Source: Candidatus Nanohaloarchaea archaeon (GTDB taxonomy: Archaea > Nanohalarchaeota > Nanosalinia > Nanosalinales > Nanosalinaceae). Taken from it: a stretch of 12,798 nucleotides of DNA. The notes below the pieces were generated by a model. The model searched no databases. It was not told the origin of the DNA and saw only the letters and a program-made list of their open reading frames with translations. The stretch covers positions 2,744 to 15,541 of the forward strand of contig JBDGSE010000026.1 of the NCBI GenBank assembly GCA_042217695.1. Reading direction: 5' to 3'. Positions 7,080 to 12,798 of the stretch are shown one piece after another (position 1 is the stretch's first letter; every line of letters begins with the position of its first letter). The translations under genes and the position numbers were made by a program.

Positions 7080-7985
7080 ATGGCCGACATACTTCGGGAC
7101 AGGGAAAAAGTTGCAGCGGAGGAACTGGATATAGACGCGCTGAAGGCGCTGACAGACCCCACCCGGATGGAGATACTGGAGCTGCTGGCTGAAGAACCCG
7201 GCTACCCGGCAGAGATGGCAAAAAAGATGGATATCGACCGGCAGAAGGCATACTACCATTTCAAGAAACTGGAGGAAGCCGGCCTCATAGAGGAGCACTC
7301 CCGTCAAAACGTCTCCGGCGGCCAGGCAACGTTTTACCAGCCCTCCTCGGGCGCTTACCACCTGGACCTCGGGGTCCCGGGCGAAGAAATCCGGTTGCCT
7401 GAGACGCGGAAAGATGTCTCAAAATTCCTGGAGCCCCTCGTCTCGGATTTCAAGCTGAACGGGCGCATAGTGGTGGGATCCCCGGACCAGCACGGACCCG
7501 ACCAGGTCAGGGCCCGGGACGGCCACCTCGCCGGGGAGATAGCTGTCTCGCTGGGAAAGCACGCAGACCCTCCAGAACAGCTGGTGTTCTTCGACACCTC
7601 GCTGTTCCGCCAGGACGACTTCGACCACAACCTGCTGCTCCTCGGCGGTGTGCTGACAAACACCGCGACAAAAAAGTTCAACGAGGAGTTCCCCGCACAT
7701 TTCTCGGGCGACAGCTTCCCCTACAGGGAGATAGAGACCCCGGAGAACAGATACACGGAGGACGCCATAGGCCTGATAGCGAGAACCTCGCATCCTGAAG
7801 ACCCGGAAAAAGCGCTCTACCTGGTCGCGGGCATACGAAACGCGGGAACCGAGGCCGCGGTAAGAGCATTCAAAAACCTGGATTCCGTTATACATGAATA
7901 CGAAGGGGGAGACTACTACCGTATCGTCAGGGGCCTTGACCTCGACGGCGACGGAGAGATAGATTCCTACGAGGTAGTCGAGTAG
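7080..7985 (+). CDS. ArsR-family HTH transcriptional regulator with a large C-terminal domain
   Basis: LKALTDPTRMEILELL...AEMAKKM...AYYHFKKLEEAGLI winged HTH. C-terminal LLLLGGVLTN...LVAG...GTEAA pattern (resembles the S-layer C-terminal-like alpha/beta domain) and a DLDGDGEID loop. Confidence 0.85.
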   Translation: MADILRDREKVAAEELDIDALKALTDPTRMEILELLAEEPGYPAEMAKKMDIDRQKAYYHFKKLEEAGLIEEHSRQNVSGGQATFYQPSSGAYHLDLGVPGEEIRLPETRKDVSKFLEPLVSDFKLNGRIVVGSPDQHGPDQVRARDGHLAGEIAVSLGKHADPPEQLVFFDTSLFRQDDFDHNLLLLGGVLTNTATKKFNEEFPAHFSGDSFPYREIETPENRYTEDAIGLIARTSHPEDPEKALYLVAGIRNAGTEAAVRAFKNLDSVIHEYEGGDYYRIVRGLDLDGDGEIDSYEVVE

Positions 7986-8003
7986 GGGGTCAAAGGTGAA
8001 AAG

Positions 8004-9218
8004 ATGGCAGAATGGCAGGTCTTCCAGAGAGATGTACTCGACTTACTCCGGCAGTATGAAGGATTCTTCGACTTCTTCGAACGTATAGGAAGCCTCAGCG
8101 ATAATTCACGGCCTGACTGCGTTGCCCGCGTGTCGAGAAAAGACAAGAAAGAGGTCTGGATAGTGGATGCGAAGAACAAGCCAGAGCTGGATCCCGGGGA
8201 CCAGGAACGCATGGAGAAATATGTTGAGAACGTGAAATCCAATCCGATAGACATAGGGCTCGAGCTTTCAGAAGCCTCTGAATACGAGTTCCGTGGGATA
8301 TTCGTCACGAACCGGGGAGAGCTCTCGCCTGCCAGGTTTGAACAGGTATCCTTCCCTGCGCTCCACCAGTTTCTCCAGCGGGAACTGGTGTACACCCAGA
8401 CCGGGAAGGTGGTCAGAGACGTGGCAAAGATGGCAAAAAGAAAGGAACTGAGCCAGAGCCAGGCCCGGCTGCTCTACCGTTCACTGAAGCCTTTCGAGGA
8501 ACGACTGGAACACGTACTGGAACAGTTAAGAGAGATCGAGACCAGGTACATCGGCATGGAGCTACTGGAACCTCCGCTGCAGGACTTCGATTCGGCACCG
8601 GTGGATGCAGTCCTGAGACACGGCCCCCGGGACAAGGTGTTCCTGATAGACGTACCCTACTCCCGGGACGAACTGGAACGGATAGACGAGAAAGTCGAGG
8701 AGGTAAAGAAAAGCATGTCCGGACTGGAGGGAGAACTCTACTACGCCGCAGTGGACACGTTCGACGGGGAGGAGAGAGAACACGTCTACCCAGTGGAGAA
8801 GCTGGACTCCGAGATACGGGAGACCGCTGGCATCGTCTCGCCGGACGACGTGGCGGAGCTTTTCGCCCCCAAGATCTCATACCAGAAGACCTACGAGGAC
8901 TCCTACCTGGAGCTGAAAGACTCCGAAACAGGTTTCCTGCTTCGGGTCGAGAGCACGGACGATATAGAGCATACTGTAGAGGTAAAAATCCCTGTAGAGG
9001 CGGTTAAAAGGATAAAGGACAACATGATGAACGCCAGGAAGAACTTCGGGATGCTGGAGGACGACCGTTTCCAGCAACGGCTGGAAGTCACGGAATCCAA
9101 CACGGTGAAATACGGGGACCACGAGGAGAAGTGGCGGAACTTCCGCGACTCGGTTAACAGCATCTACTCCTCCGCAGTGAACCCGGTACTGAGCAAAAAA
9201 ATCAAGAAGACCGTCTAG
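8004..9218 (+). CDS. Hypothetical protein with PD-(D/E)XK (Mrr-like) nuclease domain(s)
   Basis: W..F...V..LL...G helix, RPD...WIVDAK, GIFVT strand; a second degenerate copy PVDAVL...FLIDVP. GGTGA SD in the 18-nt spacer after the regulator. Confidence 0.6.
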   Translation: MAEWQVFQRDVLDLLRQYEGFFDFFERIGSLSDNSRPDCVARVSRKDKKEVWIVDAKNKPELDPGDQERMEKYVENVKSNPIDIGLELSEASEYEFRGIFVTNRGELSPARFEQVSFPALHQFLQRELVYTQTGKVVRDVAKMAKRKELSQSQARLLYRSLKPFEERLEHVLEQLREIETRYIGMELLEPPLQDFDSAPVDAVLRHGPRDKVFLIDVPYSRDELERIDEKVEEVKKSMSGLEGELYYAAVDTFDGEEREHVYPVEKLDSEIRETAGIVSPDDVAELFAPKISYQKTYEDSYLELKDSETGFLLRVESTDDIEHTVEVKIPVEAVKRIKDNMMNARKNFGMLEDDRFQQRLEVTESNTVKYGDHEEKWRNFRDSVNSIYSSAVNPVLSKKIKKTV

Positions 9219-9814
9219 TCCACCGGTTCATCGACGTAATCCACGAACCTTACCCGGTATCCCGTCTCAGTCTCCCCATCCCTGTACTTCTGCATCACCT
9301 GGCCGCCATCCTTCTTCACGGGGGCAACCATGACACCCTCCTCTCTGAGGTACTTTTTCGCCGGCTCCATCGAGTCGATTGCACATGAGAAAAGTATCCT
9401 GTCAAACTCCTCCTGGACGGCTTCCAGCCCGTTCCCGTGGACTATCTCCACGTTGTCGTAGCCTGCAAGCGCCCTCCGGGAGCGTTCAACCAGGTCCCGG
9501 ACACGTTCCACCCCGACCACCTTCTCCGCGAGCTCTGCCAGCACTGCCGCCTGGTATCCGGACCCAGATCCGATCTCCAGGACAGTGTTCCCCGGCTCGA
9601 CCTCGAGCATCTCCGTGTTTACCGCCACCATGTGCGGCGCCGATACCGTGACGTCATGCCCGATAGGGACGGCATGGTCCCGGTAGGCCTCCTGCTTTCT
9701 CCCCTCAGGTATAAAACGGGCGCGATCCACGTCCCTGAATGCTCTCTCCACGTCCGGGTCCTCTATCCGGCCTGACCTCACCAGATAGTCCACCAGCTCC
9801 TGGTTCGAGTCCAT
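9215..9814 (-). CDS. pcm: Protein-L-isoaspartate O-methyltransferase, 199 aa
   Basis: VDRARFIP, AYRD..VPIG...TVSAPHM, VLEIGSGSGYQAA, FDRI, VRFV. True start is ATG at 9814 (MDSNQEL), not 10204. Confidence 0.93.
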   Translation of the reverse strand: MDSNQELVDYLVRSGRIEDPDVERAFRDVDRARFIPEGRKQEAYRDHAVPIGHDVTVSAPHMVAVNTEMLEVEPGNTVLEIGSGSGYQAAVLAELAEKVVGVERVRDLVERSRRALAGYDNVEIVHGNGLEAVQEEFDRILFSCAIDSMEPAKKYLREEGVMVAPVKKDGGQVMQKYRDGETETGYRVRFVDYVDEPVD

Positions 9815-9848
9815 AACTGTATTTAATGGTTCAAGAGTTAACCATGTT

Positions 9849-10274
9849 ATGGAGAAGGAAAAATTCATCGAGAAAAAACGCCTCGAGAACCTGGTCGGCG
9901 GCCTCAACACCGAGGTAGACGCCCTGATAGTCGAGGGGCTGGCGGACAAGTACGTCCTGCAGAAGCTGGGTTTCGAGGGGAAGATCTTTCTTTCCGCGGA
10001 GAGAACCCTTGAGGGCCTTGTCGAAGACGTCACCCGCGGCGCAGACCGGGTGGCGGTGCTCACCGATTTCGACGAGCACGGCAAGGAACAGAACAAACTG
10101 ATATCCCGGGCGCTGGAAAAAGAGATAGACGTTATAAGAAGTGTGAGAGAGGAGTTCGGTGCGCAACTGACCTCCAGCGGTCGAAGAACCGTGGAGGACA
10201 TCAACCCGCTTTTCCGGGACTCCGAGGAGAAATTCGTCGATGCCGCGCTGGACGGCCTTTTCTTCCGGAGCTAG
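9849..10274 (+). CDS. Small stand-alone Toprim-domain protein (RNase M5/primase-like)
   Basis: LIVEG..D and VAVLTDFDEHG Toprim motifs in a 141-aa protein. Confidence 0.85.
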   Translation: MEKEKFIEKKRLENLVGGLNTEVDALIVEGLADKYVLQKLGFEGKIFLSAERTLEGLVEDVTRGADRVAVLTDFDEHGKEQNKLISRALEKEIDVIRSVREEFGAQLTSSGRRTVEDINPLFRDSEEKFVDAALDGLFFRS

Positions 10275-10882
10275 GACTGACGGACGCCAAGCTGTCTCAG
10301 GTAGTCGAAGACCTCTTCCCCCACTGTCTCGGGAGGTTTCCCGTTCCGGTAACTTATCCAGTCATCGTTTAAAACAGCGATCTCGTACTGGTTCAGTCTC
10401 CCCAGGTTGTCTGGACCGGTACTACCCGACTCCTCCAGTGCGGCTGCCTGGTCCCGGGCCATCGAGTCGGAGTCCAGCGGATCTGGATAGCGCCGGGGTG
10501 CCACTTCCTCTCCATCGAACGGTTTTTCGGGACGTTTGTCCGTGTATCCTCTCTGAAGCCGGTCCACAAGGGTAAAAGCCCTGTAAAGCCCTTCCAGGAC
10601 GTTCTCTCCCGTGACCAGCCGCCCGGTTAGCTCGTCTTTATCATCAAGCCCGTACATGCCTGCTATGCGCGCCCGTTCAGCTGCCTCATACCCCAGGAAC
10701 CGGGCTGCCTCCCGCTGTACCCCGTTTTCCGCTGCATCCCGGAACTCGTCCCGGATATCCTAACCGTACTCCGAAGTGTCCGCGGCGAAAGCGGTCATCG
10801 TGGCAGAGGAGTCGAGGATATCCCTGCCCTTTCCAAGAGCATCCTCCAGCATCTCTTTCCTTATACTTTCGAATTCGTCCAT
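10271..10882 (-). pseudogene. Hypothetical acidic protein gene interrupted by an in-frame TAG at codon 41
   Basis: ATG at 10882 gives MDEFESIRKEMLEDALG...SEYG*DIRDEFRDAAENG...AGMYGLDD..., in frame with the 128-aa ORF. TAG at 10760-10762. TATA-like TTTTAA at 10906-10911 precedes the upstream ATG. Confidence 0.7.
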
Positions 10883-10911
10883 GAAAGGTGTTTGATTCCC
10901 AAGAGTTAAAA

Positions 10912-11847
10912 TCAGAAGTCCGTGAGCGAGGCCTGGTTCCGTTTAAGTGCCCGGGCGTTGTAGCCCTCTCTCCTCAGGTAAGAGGCGAACGCCTCGTCGA
11001 ACCCGTGGAAGGTGTAGACCTTTTCAGGTTCCACGGCCTCGACTATCGACACCAGGTCGTCAAAGTCTGCATGGTCGGAATAAGGGAAGGCCCGGTCGTA
11101 TCCGCCGCGGTCCATGTACGAGTCAGAGACAGCCCAGCCGGAGAACCCGGCCTTCAACCCGCCCATATCATCGATTTTCTCCTGCATCGCATCATTCCTG
11201 GCCAGCGACGTGGGGCCGACGAACACCCCGTCTTCCGGCATCGAACCCTCGAAGGGTCGAGCACCGAACTCAAGTCCCGTGTTCTGCTCGACGACCTGGT
11301 TCATCTCCAGGACTTTTTCATGTGCATATACCGGTCTCGACGTCTCATTCACCAGGTGCTGGATCTTCTGCGCCTTCCCCAGCGAGTAGGCGAAGAGGAA
11401 CAGCGGTTCCCGGACATCATCCACCCAGTCAACTATCTCCGATTCGAGTCTCTCCTGCTCCGGGAACCTGTAATGCGGTATCCCGTAGGTGGTTTCAAGT
11501 ACCAGAACCTCTGCAGACGGTGGCTCAAAACCCTCCAGGTAGGCCCTGTCCCTTGTGGAAACGTCTCCTGTGTAGAGGTATCTCCCGCTGTCGAAGAGCG
11601 CCGCCCGCGAACCCAGTATATGTCCCGACGGTATCAGCTCTATATCCTCCGGTTCAACGGTATCAAGTTCTTTTCCCGTACGGGCCTCCGCAAGCTTGCC
11701 CGTGAGATCGGAGCAGACAACTTTACCTGGACCCGTGTGGACGTGATCCATGTGGGCGTGGGACACAAAGTTTATGCTCCCGGTGGAACTCCGTGAATCC
11801 ATGACCTCTCCACCGGGAAAGTGTATACCATCCTTTTCGCGTATCAT
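10912..11847 (-). CDS. MBL-fold beta-CASP family nuclease
   Basis: SHAHMDH, SGHILGS, YTGD, ETTYG, AYSLGKAQ, FSGW and YSDHADF motifs. Confidence 0.9.
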   Translation of the reverse strand: MIREKDGIHFPGGEVMDSRSSTGSINFVSHAHMDHVHTGPGKVVCSDLTGKLAEARTGKELDTVEPEDIELIPSGHILGSRAALFDSGRYLYTGDVSTRDRAYLEGFEPPSAEVLVLETTYGIPHYRFPEQERLESEIVDWVDDVREPLFLFAYSLGKAQKIQHLVNETSRPVYAHEKVLEMNQVVEQNTGLEFGARPFEGSMPEDGVFVGPTSLARNDAMQEKIDDMGGLKAGFSGWAVSDSYMDRGGYDRAFPYSDHADFDDLVSIVEAVEPEKVYTFHGFDEAFASYLRREGYNARALKRNQASLTDF

Positions 11848-11932
11848 CCACCTTGAAACTGGTGGTCAAGACTTGTAAATCCATCTTTCGACAGGAAAAC
11901 GTTTCTCCGGAGCCTGGAAAAAACAGGAGCTA

Positions 11933-11975
11933 CCTTATAAGGTTTGCTGTTCCTTCCCTTGTTATAGAGGAGGTG
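11933..11975 (+). promoter_or_regulatory. TATA box and Shine-Dalgarno of the cold-shock gene
   Basis: CCTTATAA at 11933-11940; strong SD GGAGGTG at 11969-11975, 9 nt before ATG 11985. Confidence 0.6.
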
Positions 11976-11984
11976 TTTTACTTT

Positions 11985-12179
11985 ATGAAAGGTACAGTCA
12001 AGTTCTTCCACGATCGAAAGAACTACGGTTTCATCGAGACAGATGAGATGGAAGACGACGTATTCTTCCACAAGGATCAGATGGAAGAAGGACTCAACGT
12101 CGAAGAGGGTACCGAGGTCGAATTCGAACAGGAAGAAGGTGACCGCGGACCCAAGGCAGTCAACGTAACGGAAGCTTAA
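11985..12179 (+). CDS. cspA: Cold-shock domain protein (CspA family), 64 aa
   Basis: MKGTVKFF, RNP1 KNYGFI, RNP2 VFFH, GPKAVNV. True start is ATG 11985 after the SD. Confidence 0.93.
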   Translation: MKGTVKFFHDRKNYGFIETDEMEDDVFFHKDQMEEGLNVEEGTEVEFEQEEGDRGPKAVNVTEA

Positions 12180-12235
12180 GACATTTCACCGGCTTCACCG
12201 CCGTTCAAGTGTTTCTTCGCGACCGTCTTACCCAC

Positions 12236-12255
12236 TTATTTTCACTCTTTATTTT
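12236..12255 (+). terminator. T-rich archaeal terminator candidate downstream of csp
   Basis: cttattttcactcttttatttt oligo-T tracts 55-75 nt after the stop. Confidence 0.35.
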
Positions 12256-12327
12256 ACCCTATCTGGAGAGGGATTCTGCCTCGAAAACAAGTTTTTCCCG
12301 TTCAACTCCCGTCCACACATCACTGGA

Positions 12328-12545
12328 TGGGGGCGACAGGATTTGAACCTGCAACCTACCGCTTTCTCCAAGGGATTAATCATCGAGTCGAAGGCCAGCC
12401 TTCTCGAACCGACACGCAGAAGCGAGCCGGTGACTCTCATCCCTCCAGTCCGTAGCTAGAGATGGCTTCTGTCAGCCATCCGGTATTGCAAACTGCTACA
12501 GCAGTTTCTGGAGGCGGTCGCTCTCCCGGATTGAGCTACACCCCC
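12328..12545 (-). tRNA. tRNA-Trp (anticodon CCA) with a 144-nt intron at position 37/38
   Basis: Exon 1, 12545-12508: GGGGGTG TA GCTC AATCCGGGA GAGC G ACCGC CT CCA G. Exon 2, 12363-12328: A GCGGT AGGTT GCAGG TTCAAAT CCTGT CGCCCCC A. BHB motif: CTCC/GGAG helix with AG|A and AA|A bulges. Confidence 0.95.
12364..12507 (-). ncRNA. tRNA-Trp intron, putative box C/D-like guide RNA for Cm34
   Basis: CTGGAGG (12448-12442) is complementary to tRNA positions 31-37 and is followed by G-ATGA; the fifth nucleotide upstream of ATGA pairs with C34. C-like TCGATGA at 12386-12380 and CTGA at 12475-12472. Confidence 0.6.
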
Positions 12546-12684
12546 GGGCCGGTAAAACACCGGTTAACCGGTACAATAGACTAGAACATCCTCAGCTTTA
12601 AATTAGTTCCAATAGGACGGTCCTGGCCAACCGTACTCTCTTCCAGCCGTTAAGGTTATGAGCTGTCCATGAAAATATCTTTCC

Positions 12685-12798
12685 GTGGCACTCGAGTTTT
12701 ACAGTCTGACGGTGATACTTGTACTGATCACCGCGTTCATCGGCGGCTTTGTGAAGGGGTTCGCCGGGTTCGGTTACGCTATCGCGGGAACCGCCCTG
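12685..12798 (+). CDS. 5' end of a TauE/SafE (TSUP) family membrane transporter
   Basis: GTG start; MALEFYSLTVILVLITAFIGGFVKGFAGFGYAIAGTAL carries the family-typical A...G.VKG..GFG motif. Truncated by the window end. Confidence 0.8.
   Translation, partial: MALEFYSLTVILVLITAFIGGFVKGFAGFGYAIAGTAL

Noticed and set aside
9815..10204. 130-aa N-terminal extension of pcm in the ORF track
   Set aside because: It is the antisense of the Toprim gene; Pcm similarity begins at MDSNQEL (9814).
4693..10762. Genome-wide TAG recoding
   Set aside because: glmS ends in TAG exactly at its conserved C-terminus (AKSVTVK), and pcm, the Toprim gene, the regulator and the second MBL gene also end in TAG at family-typical lengths.
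2478..11796. Long antisense/alternate-frame ORFs (e.g. 3092-3844, 5319-6116, 10888-11796, 10947-11705)
   Set aside because: They are shadows of well-supported genes, expected with GC-rich codon bias, and lack motifs and acidic composition.
11844..12440. Extended csp start at 11853 and ORFs 11844-12071 and 12249-12440
   Set aside because: The SD and CSD similarity fix the start at 11985; the others are antisense to csp or overlap the tRNA-Trp. The intron is too short for a homing endonuclease.
1..12798. CRISPR array, transposase or integrase
   Set aside because: No regularly spaced repeats and no recognisable recombinase/transposase motifs were seen in any ORF.

Overview
Halophilic archaeal DNA. 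The proteins are very Glu/Asp-rich, gene packing is tight, TATA boxes sit about 25-30 nt before start codons, and one tRNA has a bulge-helix-bulge (BHB) intron; overall this is most like a Nanohaloarchaeota/DPANN genome (inference). Bases ~1-2090 are an AT-rich block (spot count ~37% GC versus ~55-65% in the rest) abutting the 3' end of tRNA-Leu(TAG), next to a degenerate copy of that 3' end. The block carries a translationally coupled ParB/Srx-motif gene + APH-like kinase pair, the tail of a probable second APH-like gene and a frameshifted microgene. The GC-richer backbone holds two paralogous MBL-fold hydrolases interleaved with two unusually basic, sequon-rich secreted proteins. It also holds glmS divergent from an ArsR-type regulator + tandem PD-(D/E)XK gene, pcm, a small Toprim gene, an amber-interrupted hypothetical gene, a beta-CASP nuclease, a cold-shock protein, tRNA-Trp(CCA) with a 144-nt intron carrying a box C/D-like guide for C34, and the start of a TauE/SafE transporter. 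No integrase, transposase or CRISPR array is visible.
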